Position numbers and translations under genes: made by a program
Shown here: piece by piece, positions 46,100 through 55,254 of the stretch
Layout: the number at the start of each line of letters is the position of its first letter
Numbering within the stretch: position 1 is the first letter of the stretch
The notes under the pieces: model-generated
What the model was told of the DNA's origin: nothing
The model's input: only the letters and a program-made list of their open reading frames with translations
Database searches by the model: none
Assembly: GCA_048497945.1 (NCBI GenBank)
Contig: JBEHYX010000015.1
Span: 4,740 to 68,739 of the forward strand
Reading direction: 5' to 3'
DNA length: 64,000 bases
Source: Verrucomicrobiota bacterium
GTDB taxonomy: Bacteria > Verrucomicrobiota > Verrucomicrobiia > Opitutales > Opitutaceae

Positions 46100-47449
46100 A
46101 TGAACGCAAAGAAACGTTACGTCCTGGTCGGCACCGGTGGCCGCGCCATCAGCTTTATCGAGCCCCTCGTGACCCGTCACGGGGACCGCGCCGAACTGGT
46201 CGCGCTGTGCGACCCGAGTCCGGCCCGCCTGGCCCATTACAACCAGCTGCTCGCGGGCCGGCTGGGCCGGCGCGCGCTGCCCGCCTACCCCGCGGACCGC
46301 TTCGACGCGATGCTCCGCGAGCAGCGGCCCGACACCGTGATCGTGACCTCCAAGGATGCGACCCATCACGACTACATCATCCGGGCGCTGCGGGCCGGCT
46401 GCGACGTGATCACGGAGAAGCCCATGACCACCGATGCCGCCAAGTGCCGCGCGGTGCTCGACGCGGTCAGCCAGACCGGACGGAGTGTCCGCGTGGCCTT
46501 CAACTACCGCTGGCAGCCTTACCGCACGAAGCTCCGCGAACTGATCGCCGCCGGCACGATCGGCCGGATCCTGGCGGTGAATCTCGAGTACGCCCTCGAT
46601 ATGCGCCATGGCGTCGATTATTATCGCCGCTGGCACGCGCACCTCGCCGATTCCGGCGGCCTGCTGGTCCACAAGAGCACGCATCACTTCGACCTGGTGA
46701 ACTGGTGGATCGACGCGATCCCGGAGGAGGTCATGGCGCGGGGCCAGCTCGATTTCTATGGCCGGGCCAACGCCGTCGCCCGCGGCGACGCGGCCCTCAC
46801 CCGGTACGAGCGCTACACCGGCGAGGCGGCCGCCGAAAAGGATCCGTTCCGGCTCAATCTCCGGGACGGGGGCAATCTGGAATCGCTCTACCTGAACGCG
46901 GAAGCCGACAGCGGATACATCCGCGACCGCAACGTGTTTCGCGACGGCATCGACATCTACGACAACATGGGGGCGCTCGTGCGTTATCGCACCGGCGCGC
47001 TGCTGACGTATTCGCTGGTCAGCTTTTCCTCCCGCGAGGGCATGCGGGTGACGCTCAACGGGGAGCGCGGCACCATCGAATACCACGAGTTCCTCGGCAC
47101 GCACATTATCCGCGGCCAGAGCGACGCGGAACTCGACCGCGAGCAGTCAACGGCGGACCGTCCGGTCGAATTCATCCGCGTTTACCCGCACTTCAAACCG
47201 AGTTATGAAGTCACGGTGGAGCGGGCCAAGGGCGGTCATGGGGGCGCCGATCCCCTGCTGATGGCCGATCTGTTTGCGCCCGGGCCGGAACCCGATCCCT
47301 TCGGCCGCAGCGCCGGACACGAGCAGGGCGCCGCCTCCATCCTCGTGGGCATCGCCGCGAACGAATCCATCGCGAGCTTTCGTCCGGTGAAACTGGCGGA
47401 CCTGGTGCCGCTGCGCCCGGCCGCCCGCCACTTGAGCGAACTCGTTTGA
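46100..47449 (+). CDS. Gfo/Idh/MocA oxidoreductase (YteT-like)
   Basis: VGTGGR, ITEKPM, FNYR, GGLLVHKSTHHFD and GGHGGAD motifs. Confidence 0.88.
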   Translation: MNAKKRYVLVGTGGRAISFIEPLVTRHGDRAELVALCDPSPARLAHYNQLLAGRLGRRALPAYPADRFDAMLREQRPDTVIVTSKDATHHDYIIRALRAGCDVITEKPMTTDAAKCRAVLDAVSQTGRSVRVAFNYRWQPYRTKLRELIAAGTIGRILAVNLEYALDMRHGVDYYRRWHAHLADSGGLLVHKSTHHFDLVNWWIDAIPEEVMARGQLDFYGRANAVARGDAALTRYERYTGEAAAEKDPFRLNLRDGGNLESLYLNAEADSGYIRDRNVFRDGIDIYDNMGALVRYRTGALLTYSLVSFSSREGMRVTLNGERGTIEYHEFLGTHIIRGQSDAELDREQSTADRPVEFIRVYPHFKPSYEVTVERAKGGHGGADPLLMADLFAPGPEPDPFGRSAGHEQGAASILVGIAANESIASFRPVKLADLVPLRPAARHLSELV

Positions 47450-47509
47450 GGCCGCCCCGCCCAGGATCCCGCCGCAGCCAATCGAGCGCCGAAATTCCAT
47501 CCCCGCAAC

Positions 47510-48658
47510 ATGCCTGAAACCGCCACCGCCGCTCCCCCCTCGTCCGCCGCGCCTGCGGGCGGGCGCGATCCGGCCACGCTCTCTCCTTGGGAGCTGACCT
47601 GGCGGAGATTCCAGCGGCACCGGCTCGCCGTCGCGTCGCTCTTCTGCCTCGCGGTCCTTTATACCCTGGCGATCGCCGCCGAATTCTTCGCGCCCTACCC
47701 GCGCGAATGGCGCGACCTCAATCACGCCTACTGTCCGCCGCAGCTCCCGCGCTATTCGTGGCAGGAGGGATGGCATGTCCCGGCCATGCGGCGGGTCGTG
47801 GATCCGGTGACGTTCAAGAAATCCTACGTCGAGGACCCGGCGCATCCCGTCAAGCTGGGCTTTTTTGTCCGGGGGGAAGCCCACTCGCTCCAAGGCGCGG
47901 CCGGGAGCCGGCACTTCTTCGGCGTCAGCGATCCGGCGGCGCTCGCCGACGGCACGCTGCCGACCTTTTATTTCCTGGGGGCGGACAAGTACGGCCGGGA
48001 CCTGTGCAGCCGCTTGATTTACGGCGCCCGCATCAGCCTGTCGGTCGGGCTCGTCGCGATCGCGGTCACGTTCCTGCTCGGCGTCAGCATCGGCGGCATT
48101 TCCGGCTACGTCGGAGGCCACCTGGACAACGTCATTCAGCGCGTCATCGAAATCATCAATTCCTTTCCCCACCTGCCGCTCTGGCTCGCGCTCGGCGCCG
48201 TGCTGCCGCCCGACTGGTCCCCGCTGTCGGTGTATTTTGCCATCACGCTGGTGCTCTCGCTCCTGGGCTGGACCAGCCTGGCCCGCGTGGTCCGCGGCAA
48301 GATCCTCGCGCTGCGCGAGGAGGACTACGCCGTCGCCGCCCGTTTGATCGGCGCCTCCCACGTCCGAATTCTTTTCCGGCACCTGCTGCCGGGATTCACC
48401 AGCCACATCATCGTCGTCCTCACCATGAGCGTGCCGGCGATGATCCTGGGCGAGACCTCGCTCTCGTTCCTCGGGCTCGGCCTGCGGCCGCCCATCGTAA
48501 GCTGGGGGGTGATGCTGCAGGACTGCCTGAGCATCCAGACGGTGGCCAACTATCCGTGGCTGCTTGTTCCGGTCGTGGCGATCGTGCTGACCGTGCTGTG
48601 CTTCAATTTCCTCGGCGACGGCTTGCGCGACGCCGCCGATCCGTATGCCACCCGCTGA
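47510..48658 (+). CDS. ABC transporter permease (OppC/DppC-type)
   Basis: [25 protein letters not shown] and [13 protein letters not shown] motifs. Confidence 0.92.
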   Translation: MPETATAAPPSSAAPAGGRDPATLSPWELTWRRFQRHRLAVASLFCLAVLYTLAIAAEFFAPYPREWRDLNHAYCPPQLPRYSWQEGWHVPAMRRVVDPVTFKKSYVEDPAHPVKLGFFVRGEAHSLQGAAGSRHFFGVSDPAALADGTLPTFYFLGADKYGRDLCSRLIYGARISLSVGLVAIAVTFLLGVSIGGISGYVGGHLDNVIQRVIEIINSFPHLPLWLALGAVLPPDWSPLSVYFAITLVLSLLGWTSLARVVRGKILALREEDYAVAARLIGASHVRILFRHLLPGFTSHIIVVLTMSVPAMILGETSLSFLGLGLRPPIVSWGVMLQDCLSIQTVANYPWLLVPVVAIVLTVLCFNFLGDGLRDAADPYATR

Positions 48659-48659
48659 C

Positions 48660-49664
48660 ATGAACCCGGACATCATCCTGGACGTGGCCGACCTGCGCAC
48701 GCATTTCGTGACCCCGGAGGGCGCGCTGCCCGCGGTGGACGGCGTGAGCTTCCGCCTCGAGCGCGGCCGCATGCTGGCGCTCGTGGGTGAATCGGGCTGC
48801 GGGAAATCGGTCACTTCCTACTCGATCCTGCGCCTGATCCAAAAGCCCGGCCGCATCGTCGGCGGCAGGATCCGGCTGCGGCCGCGCCAGGGCGCGGAAA
48901 TCGACGTGACGCAGCTCGCGGAGGACGATACCCGGCTCTATGATCTGCGCGGCGGGCTCGTCAGCATGATCTTCCAGGAGCCGGTCGCGGCGCTGTCGCC
49001 GGTGCACACGATCGGCGCCCACCTGATGGAGGCGCTCCAGCTTCACGAAAAGGTGTCCGACGCCGACGCCCGCCGCCGGGGGATCGAAATCCTGCGCAAG
49101 GTCGGCATCTCCGCGCCCGAAACGCGGTTCGACCAGTATCCGCACGAGCTCTCCGGAGGCATGCGCCAGCGGGTCGGCATCGCCATCGCCCTCATCGGCG
49201 GGCCGGAACTGCTCATCGCGGACGAACCGACGACCGCGCTCGACGTAACCATCCAGGCGCAGATCCTCCTGCTCATCAAAACGCTCCAGCGGGAGCTCGG
49301 CTGCTCGGTGCTGCTCATCACCCACGATCTCGGGGTCGTGGCGCAGGTGGCCGACGAGGTCGCCGTCATGTACCTCGGCCGGATCGTCGAACGCGGGCCG
49401 GTGCGTGACGTGCTCAAGCGGCCGCGTCATCCCTACACCCAGGGGCTGCTGAAATCCATTCCCTCCCTCAATCGCGGCCAGCGGCTGGCGTCGATTCCCG
49501 GCTCGGTGCCTTCCTTGAACGCCATCCCGGCCGGTTGTCCGTACCATCCCCGCTGCGCCTTTGCCCAAAGCGGGCGTTGCGATGTCGGCGGTCCGCCCAT
49601 CCTGCGGCCGATGGGTCCCAAACACGACGCCGCCTGCGTGCGCGCCGAGGAGATTGTCCCATGA
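48660..49664 (+). CDS. ABC transporter ATPase (OppD/DppD-type)
   Basis: [24 protein letters not shown] and HPYT motifs. Confidence 0.93.
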   Translation: MNPDIILDVADLRTHFVTPEGALPAVDGVSFRLERGRMLALVGESGCGKSVTSYSILRLIQKPGRIVGGRIRLRPRQGAEIDVTQLAEDDTRLYDLRGGLVSMIFQEPVAALSPVHTIGAHLMEALQLHEKVSDADARRRGIEILRKVGISAPETRFDQYPHELSGGMRQRVGIAIALIGGPELLIADEPTTALDVTIQAQILLLIKTLQRELGCSVLLITHDLGVVAQVADEVAVMYLGRIVERGPVRDVLKRPRHPYTQGLLKSIPSLNRGQRLASIPGSVPSLNAIPAGCPYHPRCAFAQSGRCDVGGPPILRPMGPKHDAACVRAEEIVP

Positions 49665-50680
49665 CCGAACCGATTCTTTCCGTCCGCGGGCTGGCCAGGC
49701 ATTTCCCGATCCAGCGCCGGGGCTTCTTCCAGCGGGTCACCGGGACGGTGCGGGCGGTTGACGAGGTGAGCTTCGACCTGAAGCCGGGCGAGACGCTCGG
49801 GCTGGTCGGGGAATCCGGCTCCGGCAAGACGACGACCGCGCGCTGCATCCTGCGCGCGATCACGCCCACCGCCGGACAGGTCCTGTTCCGCGAGCCGAAC
49901 GGGACGGTGACCGACCTGGCCGCCCTGCCCGAGCCGGCGCTCAAGCCGCTGCGACCGCACCTGCAAATGGTCTTCCAGGATCCGTTCTCCTCCTTGAATC
50001 CGCGGATGACCGTCGGCCAGATCGTCGGGGAACCGCTCGTCATCCACCGGCTGGCCCGGGGCGCCGAGTTGGAGGACCGCGTGGTTGATATTTTGAAGAA
50101 AGTCGGCCTCAAGCCCGAACACCGCACGCGCTATCCCCATGCCTTTTCGGGGGGCCAGCGCCAGCGGATCGGCATCGCCCGGGCGCTGGTCATGCGGCCG
50201 TCGCTGGTCGTGGCCGACGAGGCGGTCTCGGCCCTCGATGTTTCCGTGCAAGCCCAGGTGCTGAACCTGCTCAAGGATCTCCAGGCTGAGTTCAAGCTGA
50301 CCTACCTGTTCGTGGCCCACAACCTGGATGTGGTGCGGCATTTCTGCGATCGCGTCGCCGTGATGTACGCCGGTCGGATCGTGGAACTCGCGCCAACGGC
50401 CGCACTTTTCGAGTCGCCGCAGCACCCGTACACCCGGGCCCTGCTCGCCGCCGTGCCTTGGCCCGACCCCGACCGGCCGATGAACCTGGCGGTCGCCGGA
50501 GAAGTGGCGGATCCCGGGCGCCTGCCCGCCGGCTGCGCCTTCCATCCCCGCTGCACCGACTGCCTCGGCGTCTGCCCGGAAACCCGGCCTCCGCTCGCCG
50601 CCCGCGCGCCGGAGCATGCGGTTGCCTGCCACCTGTACGACGGGAAACCGGTCAAGGCGCCCGACCGGCGCTGCAGTTAA
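49661..50680 (+). CDS. ABC transporter ATPase (OppF/DppF-type)
   Basis: GESGSGKT, FSGGQRQR and DEAVSALD motifs. Confidence 0.93.
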   Translation: MTEPILSVRGLARHFPIQRRGFFQRVTGTVRAVDEVSFDLKPGETLGLVGESGSGKTTTARCILRAITPTAGQVLFREPNGTVTDLAALPEPALKPLRPHLQMVFQDPFSSLNPRMTVGQIVGEPLVIHRLARGAELEDRVVDILKKVGLKPEHRTRYPHAFSGGQRQRIGIARALVMRPSLVVADEAVSALDVSVQAQVLNLLKDLQAEFKLTYLFVAHNLDVVRHFCDRVAVMYAGRIVELAPTAALFESPQHPYTRALLAAVPWPDPDRPMNLAVAGEVADPGRLPAGCAFHPRCTDCLGVCPETRPPLAARAPEHAVACHLYDGKPVKAPDRRCS

Positions 50681-50863
50681 TTACAGGAGCCTGCCTGCAG
50701 GCGATCACCCGGTTCGCCCGCCCGCGGCGGCGCGGCGTTAAAATTCGGGCGAATTGCGCATCCTGGAAACCCATCAAGCAACTGCCTTGAGAACCGGACA
50801 CTCCCGTCCAACCGAAGGTCGAGCCTCACCTTGCACCATTGCGCTGCCCCACGGTCTTTTCAC

Positions 50864-50893
50864 AAAAAAGCACGCATCGGAAGATGCGTGCTT
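50864..50893 (-). terminator. Intrinsic terminator following the displaced tRNA 3' fragment
   Basis: Hairpin aagcacgcatc-ggaa-gatgcgtgctt, with an A-run that gives a U-tract on the minus strand. Confidence 0.65.
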
Positions 50894-51077
50894 AATTTTG
50901 GTGCCCCCTGACGTTTGAGGCCACGAATCCATTGGACCTAATAATTGATTTTTGAGGCCGCTCAGAGGGGAAATCCCTCGGGAAAGCGCACCTGTAATTT
51001 GAGACGTGATGCAAATAGAGATTTTTTGGCGTCATCACGGCTGGTCGGATTAGACTCATTAGGTCCATTTTAACGAC

Positions 51078-51461
51078 TCAGTTGGTCCCAGGGTGGGCAG
51101 CTAGGCAATATTGGGCTCCCTTTGTCCGGCCAGATACTTGAATAAAGCCGGCAGCTCGCAACCGACTCAACCGGCGGCCGAGCGTTACATGAGGAATGTT
51201 GAGGTCCCTTTCCATATTCCTTGGCGGAGCCATAACGTTCACCGTCAGATAGCGCAGCACCTGCTTTTCGATATCGTCGTCTACCAAATCCCAAACCTCT
51301 ACACATGCCTGGATGGGCTTTTTGGCCTCCGCGCGTTTTCGATTTTCTGCTCTAAGATATCTTATCGCACCGATCGCCAGTATTTTCGCGATTTCCTGCA
51401 TACGCTCGTCCTCGGTGAGCAGGTGGACAGGTTTCCAGTGTTCTTTATACTCGGGTTCCAT
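51078..51461 (-). CDS. Small protein with C-terminal winged HTH
   Basis: DLNIPHVTLGRRLSRLRAAGFIQVSGRTKGAQY is a wHTH pattern. Start is ATG 51461 or further upstream. Confidence 0.55.
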   Translation of the reverse strand: MEPEYKEHWKPVHLLTEDERMQEIAKILAIGAIRYLRAENRKRAEAKKPIQACVEVWDLVDDDIEKQVLRYLTVNVMAPPRNMERDLNIPHVTLGRRLSRLRAAGFIQVSGRTKGAQYCLAAHPGTN

Positions 51462-51597
51462 TCCACATATCAAAACCATCATCATTGAGCCTTCAACTGG
51501 TCGATTAGTATGCAAGGGCGCCCCCTTCGACCGTCCTCGCTCACGGTGTGCAGGCCAACCGCTCGGGGCGGATTAAGGATTCGCCGCCGCAGGCCAG

Positions 51598-52716
51598 CTA
51601 GAACGGCACGTCCTCATCCAGGGACTCCTCGTAGCGGGGGCGCGCGTTGAGCTTGGTCTGGAGATTGGAGAGGATGATGTTCTTTTTGGCGCGGTTGCAG
51701 GAACGCAGCAGGCCTACGAAGGCTTTCAAGTTCGCGACTGAAAGCGCCCCGGTGCGGTAGGTATAGCGACCCTGCATAAAACAACCGAAAACGTGCGCCC
51801 CGTCTGGAACGGTGACTTCAAGCATGCAAGCGCGGTAGACTTGATCCAGTTGGAGTTCGACCTTGGCCGCATCGGAAACGAAACGAGTGGAGGCCTCGAA
51901 CTTCACCAGGGCGTTGGCCAGTTCGGTCGAAAAGTCACGATACACGGAGAGTTCATGCGGGGAAAACGCGTCGGCTGCGAGGCCCGTGCTCGAAACGGCT
52001 TGATCGACTTCAACAAAGGATTTTACCCGCTGAGCGGGATCCCGCTGGCACATGCGGGCAAGGATTTCCAAGTAGGGAAATTCGTCGATACCGTGGTCCC
52101 GGATGGCCCCTTGGAAGAGCATCCCGACGAAATAGACCTCGGTCGCGAAATCATACTGTTTGCGGGCAAATTCGCTCGGGGTGTCGCACCACCAGTTGAG
52201 GCTAACGCTGCGGTCGAAATCCTCCGGCTGGAAGACCTGCTTCCCGAACCCGAAATCGATGATCTTCACCACCCCGTCGACCCGTACGAGGATGTTCTCG
52301 GGGCGGATGTCGCGGTGCAGGATCTGGTGTTCCTCGAGGCGGCGGAACCCGGAGATCGTCTGTTCAAAGATCCGCGCGATGCTCTCCGGGGCTTTTTCGA
52401 GGTGGGAATGCAGGTCGGTCCCCTCGACATATTCCATCACGAGAAAGCCCGCGTAATGGTCGCGGTAGATATGGTTGGTGAAGATGCGGACGACGTTGGG
52501 ATGATAGAGCCGGTAGAGGACCTTGGCCTCGTTGATGAAATTCTTGAAGAACTGGGCGCGCCATTGCTCGGAGGCTGGCGCGTACTTTTTGCACACGACG
52601 TTTTCGTCGATCTCCGGGTCGTGCAGGAGATACGTCTTGCCGAAGGCGCCGTTGCCGAGTTCGCGCACGAAACGATAATCGCGCTTGCGCAGAAACGTAA
52701 TCTCTTGGGGATCCAT
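51598..52716 (-). CDS. Hanks-type Ser/Thr protein kinase with acidic SSB-Ct-like tail
   Basis: LGNGAFGKTY, VVCKK, HPNVV, HRDIRPENIL and IDFG motifs; ends ...EESLDEDVPF. Confidence 0.88.
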   Translation of the reverse strand: MDPQEITFLRKRDYRFVRELGNGAFGKTYLLHDPEIDENVVCKKYAPASEQWRAQFFKNFINEAKVLYRLYHPNVVRIFTNHIYRDHYAGFLVMEYVEGTDLHSHLEKAPESIARIFEQTISGFRRLEEHQILHRDIRPENILVRVDGVVKIIDFGFGKQVFQPEDFDRSVSLNWWCDTPSEFARKQYDFATEVYFVGMLFQGAIRDHGIDEFPYLEILARMCQRDPAQRVKSFVEVDQAVSSTGLAADAFSPHELSVYRDFSTELANALVKFEASTRFVSDAAKVELQLDQVYRACMLEVTVPDGAHVFGCFMQGRYTYRTGALSVANLKAFVGLLRSCNRAKKNIILSNLQTKLNARPRYEESLDEDVPF

Positions 52717-52741
52717 CGAGACGGACCGAGGGCTGGCCGGG

Positions 52742-53191
52742 CTAGACCAGGTGCTTTACCGCGATTTTTTGCGGCCACTTCTGACAAAGGTACTCCGCGA
52801 CCAGCCGCCGATGGCAGTGGTGTGGTTTGTCCTCGCTGCACAGCAAGCAGCCGCCGTCAATCAGGGTAGGCGCTATCCGGTCCTCGATTTTGCGCTGGGC
52901 CATGAGATCGAGAAACCGTTTCTCGTAGTCGGCCCAGTCGCCGCCGGCCTTCTTATAAGCGTCGAGCATCTCCTGGGTCGGGGCCAAGTCGGGGGCGTGG
53001 ACGTACTCCATGCCGGCGATTTCCTGGGCGAAGTACTTTAGATCGTCGCGCTTGGCGAAGCCCGCCAGTTGGGAAACGTTGTTAAGGCGGACATCGACGA
53101 TGCGTTTAGCGCCGGCGTGCTTCAGAAGTTCGAAGAATTTTCGGGCGGTCTTTTGCGTGAATCCGATCGTGAAGAGCTTGAGATCATCCAT
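52742..53191 (-). CDS. DUF488 family protein
   Basis: FTIGFT, IVDVRL and LLCSE..HCHRRLVA motifs. Confidence 0.85.
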   Translation of the reverse strand: MDDLKLFTIGFTQKTARKFFELLKHAGAKRIVDVRLNNVSQLAGFAKRDDLKYFAQEIAGMEYVHAPDLAPTQEMLDAYKKAGGDWADYEKRFLDLMAQRKIEDRIAPTLIDGGCLLCSEDKPHHCHRRLVAEYLCQKWPQKIAVKHLV

Positions 53192-53807
53192 GTTGGCGGA
53201 CAGCTTGGGGTGGGTTCTCCTGGAAGGCGATCTCTTCGGCGCGGCGGCGGTAGGCTTCCGCCAACTGCTCCTGATGGGGCGCGAAGAGTTCGTGGCCGGT
53301 GAAGCCGTAGAGTGCGAGGAGCCGCTCCTCCGCGTGAGCATGGGACTCGAGGCTGCCGTCCGGCAGGATATGATTGATGGCGGCGAAGAGCGGCTTCGCT
53401 TCCCGGGCGACGAGGATCGCCCGGTGGCACTCCAGGGGGTCTTTTTCGGCGCACATGATGGCAATTCGCATTTTCTCGGCCCCGTTCTTCAGGCGCTGCA
53501 GTCCATGCTGGAACAGCGGATTTTGGGCAAGAAGGGCATAGTCCACTTTGCCGTGGCTGTAGGAGGTGCGCTCTTTGCGGCGGGCTCCGAGTTCCTCGCC
53601 CAGAAAAACGTATTTGATGCCGGCTGCCTTCAGCGCGGGCGGCAGGTTGTCCACGTCGAACTGGGGATTGTGGCGGCTCATGGGTACTGAGCGAACGTCA
53701 GCCACGGCCTGGATCTGATGAGCAGTGAGCAGGGCAACGAATACCTCGATCGGATGCGTAGAATGCCCGATCGTGTAGAGGGTGAGAGGCTGACCGGATT
53801 GGCTCAT
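53184..53807 (-). CDS. DUF488 family protein
   Basis: YTIGHS, VADVRS.P.SR.NPQF, LGEELGAR and MCAEKDPLECHR motifs. Confidence 0.88.
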   Translation of the reverse strand: MSQSGQPLTLYTIGHSTHPIEVFVALLTAHQIQAVADVRSVPMSRHNPQFDVDNLPPALKAAGIKYVFLGEELGARRKERTSYSHGKVDYALLAQNPLFQHGLQRLKNGAEKMRIAIMCAEKDPLECHRAILVAREAKPLFAAINHILPDGSLESHAHAEERLLALYGFTGHELFAPHQEQLAEAYRRRAEEIAFQENPPQAVRQHG

Positions 53808-54502
53808 TCGAAAACGGCGGCGCAAAGCTTGTAGTGGTAGGGCTGCGCGCTTCTTCCTTGGAAGGCTGCGCCCAAGCTGATGCACAGAGCAGTAACGTCT
53901 TCAGGCACGTTTGCAATCAAACCGTGATCGACCGGCTGGTAGCGAGCTTGGATCACCGGGTCGGTAAGGGAAAAATCATAATGGCGCCGGCGATAATCGA
54001 AAAACGCCCGCCAGCGCCACTGCCCGTTGTGGGGGCTCCGTTCCGTGAAGATTCGAAAGTTGAGCGGCTTGATCAGATACAAGGAAGGCAGCTGATGGCG
54101 GGCCACGAAGGGCACGGTCGCGCGATCCTGCGGACAGGCCTCGTCCCACCACAGGTCCGTCGGGTCCTCGCGGAGTCGTTCAAGTACGTCGGCGTTGAAA
54201 TGCCCGCGGTGCTGCCACGCCGCGTTTCGCGTGATGAGCCAATCTTCGGGCTGCCCCTCGACGTGCGCTGGCTCGTCAAAGGGAATTTCCACCAAGTCCA
54301 AGAGGCGGGGTTGTCTGCCGTTCGGAAAGGCGGACTCCGCGGGGCTGATCGCATTCTCGATGCGATGACTGACCGGGCGAATCCATTCCCGGCGCAAGAT
54401 CCACTTTTGGGTCTCGGGCCGGTAGGTAACCACGGTCCCGGCGATGCAGCGGCCGCCGGGCTTTTTGGAGTTGGCGAGGACGCAAAGGGTCTTGGTCGGC
54501 AT
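53804..54502 (-). CDS. Dual OB-fold domain protein
   Basis: LANSKKPGGRCIAG, WIRPVS, QPEDWL, SLYLIKP, LTDP and ISLG...YKLCAAV match my recollection of the dual-OB family found beside DUF488. Confidence 0.7.
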   Translation of the reverse strand: MPTKTLCVLANSKKPGGRCIAGTVVTYRPETQKWILRREWIRPVSHRIENAISPAESAFPNGRQPRLLDLVEIPFDEPAHVEGQPEDWLITRNAAWQHRGHFNADVLERLREDPTDLWWDEACPQDRATVPFVARHQLPSLYLIKPLNFRIFTERSPHNGQWRWRAFFDYRRRHYDFSLTDPVIQARYQPVDHGLIANVPEDVTALCISLGAAFQGRSAQPYHYKLCAAVFE

Positions 54503-54827
54503 GGATGGTGGGATCGACCATGGCCTCCGGGTGGGCGCGGATGCCCCAACGACGCGGCGGAAGCGATGGGAGAGAAACCGGGGCGCAACGCTTCCGGCCC
54601 GGGAATCGTGTGTGCCGACTCGGAGTGTCCGATGGGGGCGAACGAAAATCAATGGCACGCGCGAGCAAAGGGCGAGGTATCAGTTCATCTAACTCAAGAA
54701 GGCTTCGCAGAAATGCCGCCCTGTGGTCCTAATCATCAGTTGCGAAGGCTTCCAACAGCCAAACTATAGGTCGCATTCCGGGTCTTAGAATGTTGCGACA
54801 GCCGTAGCCAGGCATGATTCTCCGTAC

Positions 54828-55247
54828 ATGACCAAAATCGAATTGCAGGGATACCTCCTAAGCGCTGCTGCTCAAAATAAACTGCTAACCCCGAAACATG
54901 ATCCGGTGAACCTCACGACTACTTGGAACTCATATCGGACTGTGTTGACACCGTTGATGTCGGCGAATCTTGGTGGAGTCGTTTTTAGCGGGGCGTTCCA
55001 TGCGGTGGAATACGAAAACACGGATTATCCCAACTCCCCGTACATCGTTGCCACTCCCACTCTGCCAGAATTTTCGGTGACGGCCTCTGGCGTGCAGCGC
55101 CGAACAATTCAGCCGGATTTGCCTAAGGATCGGTTGATTTTTTACTCAGGAGATCAGCAGGGCTGGCACTGCTGTGGCGAGGACTCGGCGCGAATTGCGA
55201 CACAGATCGCAGCCGGCAAATTAACCCTGAAAGGCCAGGTTATCTAG
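54828..55247 (+). CDS. Hypothetical protein (139 aa)
   Basis: ATG-started ORF filling the gap between the operons; no recognisable motif. Confidence 0.55.
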   Translation: MTKIELQGYLLSAAAQNKLLTPKHDPVNLTTTWNSYRTVLTPLMSANLGGVVFSGAFHAVEYENTDYPNSPYIVATPTLPEFSVTASGVQRRTIQPDLPKDRLIFYSGDQQGWHCCGEDSARIATQIAAGKLTLKGQVI

Positions 55248-55254
55248 TCATCAG

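Noticed and set aside
51598-54502. Calling the DUF488/dual-OB operon a DarTG system
   Set aside because: No DarT ADP-ribosyltransferase or macrodomain ORF is present in the island.
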